In this document: piece by piece, positions 28,641-41,659 of the stretch
Numbering within the stretch: the first letter of the stretch is position 1
Layout of the letters: each line of letters begins with the position of its first letter
DNA from: Octopus bimaculoides
Taxonomy: Eukaryota
Direction: 5' to 3'
DNA length: 64,000 nt
NCBI RefSeq assembly: GCF_001194135.2
Contig: NC_069001.1
Span: 22,143,882 to 22,207,881, forward strand
Translations under genes and position numbers: made by a program
Notes under the pieces: generated by a model
What the model saw: the letters and a program-made list of their open reading frames with translations, nothing else
Databases searched by the model: none
Told to the model about the DNA's origin: nothing

Positions 28641-30385
28641 ATAAATTCAGGGACAAATTACGGCCGTTTCAGGCGGTTCCATTTAATCGATGAATGCAAA
28701 CATTATATCAATTTTGAAATGCACCGCTTTCATCGGACGCATAAGACCATATAAGTTTTCAACAATTGGATACTCCATTATGACTTTAAAAAAAAATCAT
28801 CAGAACTAAAGAATAAAAGAATTACATGTTCGTTGCTATTATTGTAGCAGAATAAACTTAGTGAGAAAATACTCCAACTATAATTACAAGTGACAGAGGA
28901 GAATAACAATGGGGGTCAAGAGATGGTAATGTCGCTATATTTATCTTCCTCCTTATCACAATCAAAAGATCTAATGCAGTTAATATTTTACATCCATTCA
29001 GAATTAAAACCATTGGAAATTGACAGTTAAGTTTTTGCTGCTGGTGATTAATTAATTAATGTTAGATACTCTTCTCTACTACTATTTTAATATGGCTGTA
29101 GATTCGCTACGACTTCACAAAAGAACATGTTTCAGAAGATGTCAGGAAGATAAATAGTATATCTACAAAAGAGGTGTAGAGGTGACATAAACTGTTTTAT
29201 TATTATCAGTTAAAAGGGGCCTAACATAGAAAACAAAGAAGGTCACAGTGAGGTCTAATGGCTATTAGGGGTACAGGAGGGAAATGTATATCTAAATTTA
29301 GCAAAATACTATATTTTATATAATAAATAACATTTTAAAATTTAGAAAAGGATTTAAGGACCAAGTAAGAGAAGGATATATAAACCAATTTAAACCCTAA
29401 AAATGTAGAGTACTTTTATATGAAATAGAAACCTCATAATGCTTCATCCTAGCATAGTGTTAAGGTGGTCATCATAAACCCATTCAACAACGAACCCATA
29501 ATTAAGTTCAGATTTCATCCGAGAAAGAAGTGCATATTTTCTATTGACTGGAAACCAAGGATTAAAGGCAAACAATGAGATAATTAGTTCTATAACAGAT
29601 AAATTTATTTAAGAAACACTGGGAAAATATAATTATATAGAAAATCGACAACATTATGAAAAACAATTAAAGGATATAAGAAGGTATAAAAATACGGCAT
29701 ATATAACAAAAATATCATATACATATATGTATATATGAAGAATATATTATAATTATAAAATGTAATTACAAATAAATAAAAAGATAAATATCACTACCAC
29801 ATTATTTTAAATTATACCATGATTAACAGTAGAGAGAAGTCACAACCCCACCTCAAGTCATAGAATGCTACACCAGTATATACGAAGGTAAATAGGTATA
29901 CAAATTATAATAATATAATATAGTATATAAGAACAAATAAAATACATTAAAAAATAAAATTAAGAAATATTTATATAAAATTTCAATAAAGGATTTATAA
30001 AATGAAAAAAATAGACATAAGGCTAAAAATAATTTCATTGTTGAAGCCATAAGATGCAGACTGGATATAAGGAGAGATAAAGGATAGAAAATAAAAATAA
30101 GAATAATACAAAATATAAAGAAAGAAAAATAAATAAGTAATAAGGATAGGTCGTGGTATTCTTAACAAAAGCAAATGAAAAATAAAGATGAGGATACCAT
30201 TGGCTGTTGTTTTATAAAATAAGATATAATACTACAGGCACTGATGTATGTAGAATCATATAGTTCATAGGCGGTATAGAGTATACGTAAGGTAGGCGCA
30301 GGATATGGTAATTCATTATAAATATATCTATTTATAACTGATAGGGAATAAAGTCTTAGAACTAAAAGAAAAAAACCAGAGCAGT

Positions 30386-30443
30386 CCCTAACCCTAACCC
30401 TAACCCTAACCCTAACCCTAACCCTAACCCTAACCCTAACCCT
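30386..30443. repeat. Interstitial telomeric repeat, (CCCTAA) x about 9.7
   Basis: Perfect hexamer array, directly visible. Confidence 0.95.
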
Positions 30444-30476
30444 CTTATAACACTGGTAAGGGTTATAAGAGGGTAA

Positions 30477-31613
30477 TTAGGTTGTCGCACATGAAATGTC
30501 GTATTTTAAATGGGTTTGTTATGAGTCATCTATAAATGCTTTTTTAATGAATTTCTATTTATATGCTTGCGTTTATTCTTAACTCTTTTCCTTTCTGGAC
30601 AATACTATTATTCAAGATTACTACCCACAGCTCTTATGATAATATTGACAACTGAAGAATACCGAGTTATTTTCTTGAACGAATGAAATTTGGGTGTTTT
30701 GCCACCGAAGCTCTACGAAATATCAAGCAAGCTTTTGGTAACGATTCATGATGAATTGAAAGCTTTAGTTAAACGAAATCTGAGAACAACGGTCCGAAAA
30801 ATCGGATCAGAGTTCCAGACATCTCCCGCAACTGCTTCTCGTCACTTGAAGAAAAGTGAAAAAGTCAAAAAGATGGATAGGTTTGTTCCCCATCAACTTA
30901 ATGCGATTCACAGTAACAGACGCCTTACAGTGTGTTCCATGTTAATTTCTCGGTTTGAAAGAGAACCATTTTTGTATCGATTCATAACGTGAGATGAGAA
31001 ATGGATACTATTTGATAGCAGCAGGTGGACAAGACAGTGGTTTGATGTAGGAGAGTCACCGAAACACTACCCAAAATCACCATTGCACCCTAAAAAGTTG
31101 ATGGTTACTGTGTGGTGGTCAACAAAGGGGGTTAATCATTATTCATAATTGCAACAAGGAAAAACTGTAAGAGCAACATCATATTGTCAGGAAATAGATT
31201 GTATGCATGGAAAATTAAAAAAAAGAAGCAACCCAGATTAATGAACAGAGATGGCCCAATCTTGCTTCATGACAATGCACGGTTCAGAAGCTGCAAAGCC
31301 TGAATTATGAAATTTTGGCACATCCTCCTTATTCTCCTCGCCTACTGATTATCATATATTTAAACACTTCGAGCTTGCTATACGCAATAAAACATTCTTA
31401 AATAAAGAAGAGGAAACTGAAGCATCCGAAAAGTTATCAGTGTAAAAGAAGACAAATTCTTTGAAGATGGAATATATGCCTTAGAGGAATGTTGGGTGAA
31501 GGTCATAAATGAACAAGGATCATATTTTGATTAAATAAATAAATATTCTAAAACTTTAAAAGCAATTTTAATTTTCCTTTTTGAAATGCGACATTTCATG
31601 TGAGAAAATCTAA
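30477..31613 (+). mobile_element. Mariner DNA transposon with decayed transposase
   Basis: 34-bp TIRs with 5 mismatches (TTAGGTTGTCGCACATGAAATGTCG..), TA on the right flank; motifs DEKW, LHPKKLMVTVWW, LLHDNAR, HPPYSP, TDYHIF. Confidence 0.95.
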
Positions 31614-31779
31614 TATATAATATATAATTTACTACACTAGAAGGTATGTTAAGAAAGATATGATACCCCAGATAATTTCTACCAACAAATCATAGTAAAA
31701 TGAGCATAATAATATTTGTTTCCAAAATATTTAAATCTATGGGTGATACCCTAATCTCTAAACTATTATTCATTAGGTT

Positions 31780-32133
31780 ATCGTTATCTGTACTTTAAAA
31801 TCTCGTAAATTTCCATAGAGCAAAGTTCGTATTTGTATCTGCTATTTTTATATGGTTGCTTTCTGCGTAGTATATCTCATTTAAGGCTACATCTACTCTT
31901 GCTTTCCTCAAGTTTCCAGATTTTACTAGATAAAGATGTACTATTAGCTTCATGTCTAAGTCTAAAAGAAGAAAAATGGTTATTAAGGCGTTTTTTTTTC
32001 ATATTTATCGAGCATCCGATATAAATAAAGTTACTAGTTTCAGTCAAAACTGTACATTTGTAAACAACATTTTGGGCTAAACAATGACCTAATAACGGGC
32101 ATTGGGATTTTACCCTACAATTTCAGTCGAAGA

Positions 32134-32183
<50 letters not shown>

Positions 32184-33617
32184 GATAGAGAGAAGAGTTC
32201 TTTACTTTTGCATACGATTGACACAATCCATCACTAAGGTAAACATAGCTGACATAATCCATCACCAAGGCCAACTTAATGACAAAACGCGCAACTCGAA
32301 AGTTACTTATTTATTAGTGCTTTGAACAATATTTCGGCATCACGCGTGCCTTCAACAGGTCCAAAATAAATGTCAGTCTAATTCATTCTTTTAGTGTATA
32401 TAAAGGACTGAAGTAACTCAGCAGAAATATAATAGATAGAGAGAAGCGTTATCAGGTATTGTGTTAATAATACCTGAGTTATTATATACAGCGGTATCAT
32501 TGTTTTTATTATATATATATAAATTAGTTCTATTGTTCTGGATTCCTACATATCCACTATTATTATCATCATTACAAGGGTTTAAAACACTATTGACAAT
32601 ATTAGTATCATTATCAATCCCTCGTGCTAATTTTATATCTATTAAAATGGGCTATAATAGTACCTATATTGGGAAGGGTAGAATTGGCGATTCTGATTGT
32701 CTTACGAGAGAAGACTCTATTGTACTTATGGGTAACTGGGAAGTTTTTTTCTAAAATTGCCATAAACTTATTATATATATTGGCAGATATAGCACAGTTA
32801 AAAGGAACATTATGCCAGACTACATTATTCTTTCCAAACTTCTTATTTTAATATAGTGGATCCTATCAAATCTATTACCTTTCGAACTCTCTGTTTGATT
32901 ATTAAATACGGTCCCATTATTGGTATTTATGTTATCATTAGAAGTGGACCCATTCAGTACAATCATATCCATACCATTATTATACATATCACTCATCTTA
33001 CCGACCATAGATTCCATTTTCTTATTGTCATATATCGTGTTCATTGACTAGTAGGTCTATTTGTTTAACTAGGTGGGCTTGTGCTCTTCTTTTCTCTTAT
33101 ATTTCCATTATAATTCTTAGTAGGTATTTGACTTTCCGAATTAAGGAAAGTAATTTCTTGATTATATCCTGCCTTAGAAAGAGTAGAGTTATAGTAGTGC
33201 GAGGAGTATGAATTAAATATATCCCTATTAACTGATAATTGCATACTTCGTCTCGAAATTCCTTTTGCTACCGATTTTAATATATTAGAGGGATGATTAA
33301 AGGATTTGTTCACATATCTAGTAACTTCATCTCCTTTTCTATAGGGGTAGCATAAGACGGAATTTATATCTAAAGTAGTGCCTAAGAAGCTAGCTACCTT
33401 TGTGCTGTATTCAAACATGAATTTTACGTAAAAGCTTTTCAAGAATTTTCTGATTTCTTGTTCGCATTCTTTCTATGACGGCTCTACTATTACTACGCGT
33501 CATCCGTATAAAGACTACCCTGCAGTTCAGGAATTTCACTACTAAGGCACTTTCACAGTTAAGCACCAACCAAATTAGTAATCTGGGTGGAGTCTCTCGA
33601 ACACTAGCAATATCAAA

Positions 33618-33620
<3 letters not shown>
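31780..33620 (-). mobile_element. Penelope-like element 2, 5'-truncated (RT 3' half, thumb, linker, GIY-YIG)
   Basis: LYTDD (33499-33513), PYRKGDEVTRYVNKSFNHPSNILKSVAKGISRR, VWHNVPFN..FPVTHKYNRVFSRKTIRIANS, NCRVKSQCPLLGHCLAQNVVYKC..YIG..NH..SFR..NSTSLSSKIW. Confidence 0.9.
32196..32432 (-). mobile_element. 237-bp insertion with a 14-bp target-site duplication inside PLE2
   Basis: TAGATAGAGAGAAG at 32182-32195 and 32433-32446; contains an HHR-like fold on the minus strand. Confidence 0.65.
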
Positions 33621-33653
<33 letters not shown>

Positions 33654-33663
33654 NNNNNNNNNN

Positions 33664-33703
<40 letters not shown>

Positions 33704-33851
33704 GAAAATAATACAAAATGTATAAATAGACGGTGAGTAAATCAACGGCACAGTGTGGATTACCTGTTATTATCCGTAGATTTATTGCAAGAAATTCGTA
33801 GCGGCGGTTGGGGTAATAATATCAATAAAATAGATGGAATGAATAAAATGT

Positions 33852-33910
33852 TTTATCAGGTACGACATATGTTTCGATCCGTTCTTGGTTTCTTCAGGTA
33901 TATCAATAAA
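33852..33910 (-). ncRNA. Degenerate type I hammerhead motif in PLE-like UTR sequence
   Basis: tac CTGAAGA aaccaagaacggatc GAAAC atat GTC gta; same ACATATGT stem III as 21953; stem II has a mismatch. Confidence 0.55.
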
Positions 33911-36511
33911 AAAGTCTTACGAGAGATATTCTGATTCGGTTTTACGTACCGCTATGTGTCCATCAACTTCGAGAATGAGTAAAAAACAGAGAAAAATTGA
34001 AACACAAATATGTAGGTGAAAATTATACATTTTGGTTTAGAGGAAATGACGTAATGTGCCTTCGCTGTTGTAACTGTTAAGAGAAAGAAAAGAATGTAGA
34101 TTTTGAAAGGAAAATATTGATTTGACGAATTTTTTTTATGTTCGTGCTTCGACGGACACATACGTAGACATATACATATATACAGTCACGTATATATATA
34201 TACGTGCTCACACACGCACATCCAAGTATATGTGCATATACATACAACTAGATACACGCGCATACGCATACGTATGGACGAATACATATATATATATATG
34301 TACAGGATCTCATATATGCAGGTACATACGTGAATATATACATACATATACGCAAATAGCATAGATAAATACGTGCATATTTTCATACGAAAAGCAAGAT
34401 ACGGACATCTGTGCAAAGTTTGACACACACACATACACGTGTTAATACAGTCACGTATACATGTAAGTAAATATATGCACGAATATACATACATATACAC
34501 ATACACACATACACACATATACAAATGTGCATGCATATACACATACCCCCGCGTACACGTATGTACAAATTAACACTAATATATACATACATCTACAACA
34601 AACGCAAATGCGCACAGATAAATATGTATATATATATATATATATACAAATATACACACATAAACGTACACATATTTGCATATAAAGACAAATATACACA
34701 CACGTACATGTACATATATACATCCGGAAATGCCTCTCTCCATAATGTTAACAAAGCAGGGCATTATAAATAAATTCCCTGAACAATTACCCAGATGCAT
34801 ACACGCAGCTAAACACACATTCACATATTACAATCCAGACCATACATAACTTGATATATACATGGCGCCCACAATTCTTAATGAACTTGAGGAACCATAT
34901 TTGAATAACTTGTATTTGACAATCGATCTTGCNNNNNNNNNNCATATACACATACACACATACACACATATACAAATGTGCATGCATATACACATACCCC
35001 CGCGTACACGTATGTACAAATTAACACTAATATATACATACATCTACAACAAACGCAAATGCGCACAGATAAATATGTATATATATATATATATATATAC
35101 AAATATACACACATAAACGTACACATATTTGCATATAAAGACAAATATACACACACGTACATGTACATATATANNNNNNNNNNCGTACACATATATGGAT
35201 CTAGATTGCAAGAAACCAACCAGCCTTAGTTAATCATGTACGCGTTTCGGGATTAGAATGGTATAAAAATTCATTTCCTTCTTCAGCATGATATTCTAGA
35301 TTATAAATTTGAAAATGCTGACAAAGACTATGCATTCTCGATCAGGCGACATCGAACATCACATAAGAGAAACAACATTTCCGAATTTATATAGACGAGA
35401 AAGTTCGCATCCATCGTCAAGATTCACCATGTGCGTCACAAGCAGTACCGCAGAAAATCTTCAGTTTACTATCAGGGAGTGAATAATCATTATAGATATA
35501 GGTTAAAGAATTATTAATTTATTAATAAATTAATAATTAATAATTTTACCAAGTAGTTCGGTATGGAAAAAAAAACAATATTAGTAAAAGCTTGTACAAA
35601 AAGTTTTTTTAATAATTATAAAAAACCATTATCGGTAAAAACTTATACAAAAAGTTTAATCATAATTATAACTTTTGCCTATGTAAGTTACGAGTATTGC
35701 TATCTGTGGAGGCATATTGTAGTAGAAGATAATGTTTTTTTTTTCCATACCGAACTACTTGGTAAAATTATTAATTATCAATTTATTAACAAATTAATAA
35801 TTATTTACCCTATATCTATCTATCTATATATATATATATAAAGGCTCTGTTTTTCCGTACTCAAGTTTGCTCTTCTGCTAATAAACAGCCTCCTTTTGAA
35901 TATCTACGATCTGAAAAATATCTCAACATTGACTAAAATCTCTTATCTCGGGTGTGTCATGGTTGTTGACGCTCCTGAGTTCATTCACCCTTTTACGGGC
36001 ACTTATTTCCACCCGGCTGTATGTCCAATTTAAGCCTTCTATTCTAACAATTAGGCTTGGTAGGCTTGCAGATTTTGCTACTGAGACCTCGTCCATTTGA
36101 CAGTTTGATTTTGCTTACCAGCCGCTCCAAGAGTAACCTGACATACATACATGCATATATGCATACATACAGAGAAAGGGGACAAGTATGGACCGTAAAT
36201 AAAATTTTTTAAATTCAGTAACCAAATACACTTTCAGCTTCATACATGTCATTATTGGATCAATAGGATACATAACGACCCGTCTGGAGAACAGTGTGAT
36301 TGAGCTTTGATCTTGAGGAGAGAATGCTAATCGATACTTCATATGCTACGAATGATCATAATCTTTGGCACTATAAAAATCTGCAAGACCTTAAGATTTG
36401 AAGAAGATACTTTCCTTCACAACGATGCTACCAAGTAGGTGGCCGGTCAAAATTCACTCTAAAATCAAAAGGGAAAGAGAACACATATAACTGCATGCAC
36501 ACGGAAATATA

Positions 36512-37156
36512 CGAGGGTAAGTAAAAAAATTATCCGTACTTTCGCCATAACATATCTTTATTATTGTCATACTGCCTTCTGCATATGCATGGTTATAGTT
36601 GGCACTTTTATGGTTACGTGATCGAAGTTTGAGCCTGATCGAACTATTTTTCTTTCTGGCTTTACAGTTACTCCTCTAGCAATGTGCATCAAAGAAGAAC
36701 AAAGAGCAGTGATCCGAGAGATGGTGATGGTAAACCCCTTCACCATTACCATCTCTCGAGCTTGCTGAATCTTCTCGTCAGTGGTGGAGGTTGACGGGCA
36801 TCCTGCTCCCTCTTCGTTCGGCCTCTTTTTAACTTCTCGATCCACTCCTGCACACTTCTGTGCGGCTGTGCACTGACCCCGTATTCTGCTTAAAGCTTCC
36901 GATGAATTTTAGCACCTAACACAACATCCGACCAAAGAAGTCAAATTACTGCTCTTTGTTCTTCTTTGGTGCACATTGCTAGTGTAGCGGCCATGCTTAT
37001 ACTGTAAAGCTAGAAAAAAAAATGTCGCGATCAGATTTAAACTTTGATCACGTCACCACAATAGCACCAATTATAAGTATGCATGCGCAGAAGGCAGTGT
37101 GACAATAATAAAGATATGTTATGGCGAAAGTGCGGATAACTTTTGACTTCCCTTCG
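36512..37156. mobile_element. Fold-back mariner derivative with two copies of the 5' end
   Basis: TA|CGA(G/A)GG termini; about 200 bp of inverted homology includes MC(I/T)KEEQRAVI on both arms; the minus arm continues with HTH-region codons. Confidence 0.85.
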
Positions 37157-37599
37157 TATATTTACGGAGGCAAACGGGAGGAATCGTTAGTGTAATGGTT
37201 AGAATTTCAGCTCTTTGTTTCAGCTTGTTTCAAAAGTTTGTGATTGTTAAATTAAAGGCCAGTATTAGGGTTGCTATTTTTCCTGTTCACTCTCTCAATC
37301 TGTCTCACTATCTCTCTCACGTTCCCTTACATTCAATAACTTTCCATTTATCATTTCCTCACGATTGTACAAATAAATCAAAGGCCCAAACTTATCACAT
37401 CAACTTATGCCAATTTGATCTTAGGAATACGATAACATTATTCAAACTTCAGAAACTCAGTCGCTCACACCTTACATAAAACAGTCGATTGGTTACTAGT
37501 TGAGTGTTATCGTCGTGAACGACGGAGAATCTGCCACACATGCACGCCTCACATACATGCAGGTATGTATGTATGTATGTATGTATGTATGTGTGTGTA

Positions 37600-37635
<36 letters not shown>

Positions 37636-38164
37636 GGTGCCTCAATGAATATCTATACTTACAAATACATACATACATACACGCGACATATACTGTCATA
37701 TATGTATGCATATCTGTGTGTGTCTGTGTCTGTATATATATATATACATGGAACAAAGAGAGTGGTAAGTGATGTGGGTAGGGGTGGTTGTGTGAGGGTC
37801 AATAAACTAAAACTTCTACGCAATGTTCCCTTCTTTTATGCTCTTTTTGTAATTTATATAATTAAAAATTTTGAAGCAGTTCTTTGAAAAATCTATTAAT
37901 TATTAACTGAATTTAATTAAAAAAGTATTTTTTATTCAGCATTTTTTTTTACTACTTCACTTTTTTAGTTTTGTTTTTCAGTTAGAAAGAGAAAGGTGTA
38001 AGGAAAATTAAGAAACATAGAAAATGTTTTTTTTTTATCAGAAGTATTAAGGAGTATTTAAGTGATTAGTTTCATCATTGAATTAGAAATTTTGTTTGAG
38101 ACAGTAGTAAAAGATTAAAGAGAATTTTATAAAATGATGAATATTTTTCTTTCCTTCGTCATTA

Positions 38165-38167
38165 TAG

Positions 38168-38217
<50 letters not shown>

Positions 38218-38409
38218 GAATTTTACTTTTATTATGATTATCATCATCATCACAGTCGTTATTATTTTTATTATCTTTGTTGTTGTTGCCGTTGTTATTG
38301 CTGTTGTTCTTTGTTGATGTTGATATTGTGTTGCGATGGTGGTGATTTTCGTTGTTTTTTTCTTCTTCTTCTTCTTCTTCTTCTTCTTCTTCTTCTTCTT
38401 CTTCTCCGT

Positions 38410-38483
<74 letters not shown>

Positions 38484-38490
38484 GTTGCTG
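38165..38490. repeat. Compound (TTA)/(TCA)/(TTC)/(CTA) microsatellite block
   Basis: Directly visible; accounts for the long low-complexity ORFs here. Confidence 0.95.
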
Positions 38491-39160
38491 TTACTTCTAC
38501 TAGCGTCTTTGAAGCGAATGTTGAACTTTGATCCGGGTGGAAATATGACTGAAATAATAATAATACAAAAAACAAACAAAAGAAACCACCGCCGAAGCTT
38601 GGAAGCTGTATGTACAACCAATGTGGTTTAGAGAAAAGAATATGAAAATAGAAAAATACATGTAAAAATATATACATACGAAAATGAAACTTAAAGAAAC
38701 ACTCCTTTATCTGGCCTGAACACTTGAAGTAAAAATAAGCATAATGATGAGGATGGCGAAAGGAGGAGGAAGAGGAGAAAAAATAAGAAGTGAAGGAGAC
38801 TGGTGATTGTGTTAGCATTTTATTCTCATGTCAATTCTGATTAAGACCTGTGATCAAAGCCATGTTGATGACATCTTATTTTCAAACGATGTCTCTGGAC
38901 TACCTATTCAAGTAACTTTCTTTTGTTTTCTAACATAGGAAGCTTCTTTTGAAGTGAATTTGGATACTATTTCTAGCTTGTAGAATTACATAGTACAGAT
39001 ATTCCAGGGTTGTGATGATGATGATGATTACGACGACGACGGTTATGAGGAGGATAAATGGAAATAGCCAATAGCATTATAAATTTGTCTTCTCAGACTG
39101 AACTCGAAAGTAATTGATATCAAAATGTTCCAATCTACTACTCCTAGTGTTTCCTTGCAG

Positions 39161-39254
39161 GAGTGAATTACAATGATGATGGTAACTATTAAGTATGAAG
39201 AGGAAGACCATCATTTTGAAGAGGTTCTTGAGAGTCAATGCTCTGAGAAAATAC
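39161..39254 (+). pseudogene. Candidate frameshifted exon: (G)VNY / MMVTIKYEEEDHHFEEVLESQCSEKI
   Basis: GTTTCCTTGCAG acceptor, C|GTACAT donor, 94 nt (3n+1). Confidence 0.25.
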
Positions 39255-39718
39255 GTACATTGCCCAATCTCTAAAATATTCTGGAACTACCACAATTGAA
39301 ATTGTGTGCAACGCGTACATAACTATTCCTTGCTCCGCACACTTGCTTCGACCGGTAAGAGTCGATTCTTATTCCTCTGGATTCCGTCTCCCTTTCATCT
39401 AAATCGGACTTTAGGTATACGTTCCGGTTTCAGCACAAATTGTCTATTACACGCTTTAAGAAAACCTATTTTTGCTCATTATAAGCACTACTACTTCCTG
39501 TTTCGTCATGGAGAGATGTGCAGCAAATCTCATATTTCTGCATTGAAACTCATGACTGGAATTTACAGGTTCGTTCGGATGCGGTAAGTGTCATCTCAGA
39601 TCCTACTGCAAAAACGACACAACCCTCCGAAATTATGGTGTAGTCTGACTTGATTAAATGAAAATAACTTATATTTGAAAGAGCCTGGGAGAGGCAATAT
39701 TATTCTTATTGTTATTGT

Positions 39719-39940
39719 TGAGATGACGAGGTGACAGAAATGTTAATGTGCCTGACAAAATGCTTAGTGGCATTTCTTTCTGGTTTTTGCTTTCTGAGTT
39801 CAAATGCCGTCGAAATAGACTTCGTATTTCATCATCCCGGGCCGATAAGATAATTACCATCAAAGCGCCGGGGTTGATGTAATCAACTTCCACGCTCATC
39901 AAAATTCTTGGCCTTGTGCCAAAATTAGAAAGAATTGTTA
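39719..39940 (+). mobile_element. SINE family A
   Basis: Co-linear with the 19535 copy. Confidence 0.75.
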
Positions 39941-41609
39941 TAATTACTATTAACATTCAGGAACATATGCGACATTAGTATTTTTGAACAACCTGGTTTC
40001 GATGAATGTTATTAGATTTTAGTTTGGCGAGTTCCATCCTATCAGATTCACTCAAGTATCTCTCTGATATCCTCCACACTGTTATTATTATGGCTGGGCT
40101 CCAACTCGGGCCGCAGCAACAAAGTCCACACGCCCAACATTACTGCCCCAAGTTCCTGAATACATTCCAGGCTGGTGTCTGAGATCAAGATGTTGATACG
40201 TGATGACGTTTTCCTCTTCTTAGGTGAGGATGAAGTGGTGTCCACACGACTGGTTTGGATACTTTTAGTTCAGGGTGGCGTCCACTGTGACTGTCACAGC
40301 CACCTTTGCATAAGTTGCTACTGCCATTTTGATATTTGCTTAGCAGCTCAAATTCTTTTAGTAATCAGCTGTTATTCCTCTTACTTATTGGTAACTATTG
40401 GTGAATACTGGCAACTATAATTTGTGATATTGGTCTACTTATCCCTCTTTTAGTAATCTTATATATTTTGGGAAACCGCTGCAACTGAAATAGATATGAA
40501 ACATATGATCCTTAAAATGTTTCTTCAGAAACTGAGTAGAGATTTAGATTGAGGTGAATTGTCACGATCTATTTACGCTCTTTGTAACACTGTAGCAAAA
40601 TATATCTTTGAAAATCTCTGTACTTGCCTATGCAGCTGTTACAACGGTACGATCCACCCAACTCCTAAGAATAGAAGTAGTGTTTAGATTAAATTTCGTT
40701 ATTAAATTTTTCTTTCTAACTAAAATTTGCCATTGGGTTTTTTGTTTTCTTTCTCGAACTGAGACGCGAATTTTACTTAATTAAGTATTTTTTGTGAACT
40801 TCTATTCAGTGCACCACTACCTAGCTGAATTGCTTAGCTCTGTGGCTGAGTAATAGTTTTTACTGGTTGATAGGCGCTAATTCACTGCTAAACTGAAGAG
40901 CAAGTGTGAATGTGCTTTTTGTTAGTCTGTGGAGAATTGTGTTAAGATCGACGACGGGGACATAGAAATCGGCTATTATTCCAGAAAGAGAACGGTATAG
41001 AGAGAGAGAAGAAAAAGAGAAAGAGAGGGGGGAGGAGATAGAAAGTGTATGTTTGCATGTGTCTTTGTGTGTGTGTGTGTGTGTGCTTATGTGTTTTTGT
41101 GTGTGCGTATATGTATTTGTGAGTGTGTGTGTGTTTATATATGCCTGTATGTTTGCGAGTGTGTGTTTGTGCGTGTGTATGTGTCTTTGTAATGTCACTT
41201 CCTGCTGCTTGTGTGCAAGTTTGGTCATTTCCACGTTACACATTATAGCTCTAGGTAACAAAATAACTTACATTATATAACATATTATTTATTATTCATC
41301 AATTTAGCTAATAAAATTTATTAGTATAGCGTATATTATAGCTTACATAACTTAGTTTAAAGAGTATAGCATTTTTATTATAATTCAATTTCCTGTAGCT
41401 TTTCAAAGCTGTCGCAAATTGTTTAATATTACTCTTGAGCTTTCCTATGATTTTAAATCTATCCATTATAAACAATTATAGCCCATTCTTACAAATTTGC
41501 GACCTCTGCGAAGATGGAAATCATATTGAACTACAGTGCTTAACATAAACTATATAATCTCTTAGATATATTATATTAGATATGTGAAATTTCAGACTGA
41601 GCGTGTGTG

Positions 41610-41659
<50 letters not shown>

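Noticed and set aside
28800-30385. Very AT-rich, strand-skewed stretch suspected to be a NUMT or a gene
   Set aside because: No mitochondrial gene, tRNA or rRNA motif recognised on translation; left unassigned
31750-31777. ATGA...GA hairpin on the minus strand as a possible SECIS
   Set aside because: Only about 13 nt between the ATGA and GA, too short for SECIS helix II, and it lies at the end of the coding region
34480-35173. Apparently identical ~230-bp duplication (34487-34720 vs 34943-35173)
   Set aside because: The second copy is bounded by 10-N gaps on both sides, typical of scaffolding redundancy
38134-38818. Long ORFs (165 and 218 aa), and similar His/Thr, Val/Cys and Tyr/Ile ORFs across the window
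   Set aside because: They are translations of microsatellites or N gaps, with no domain content
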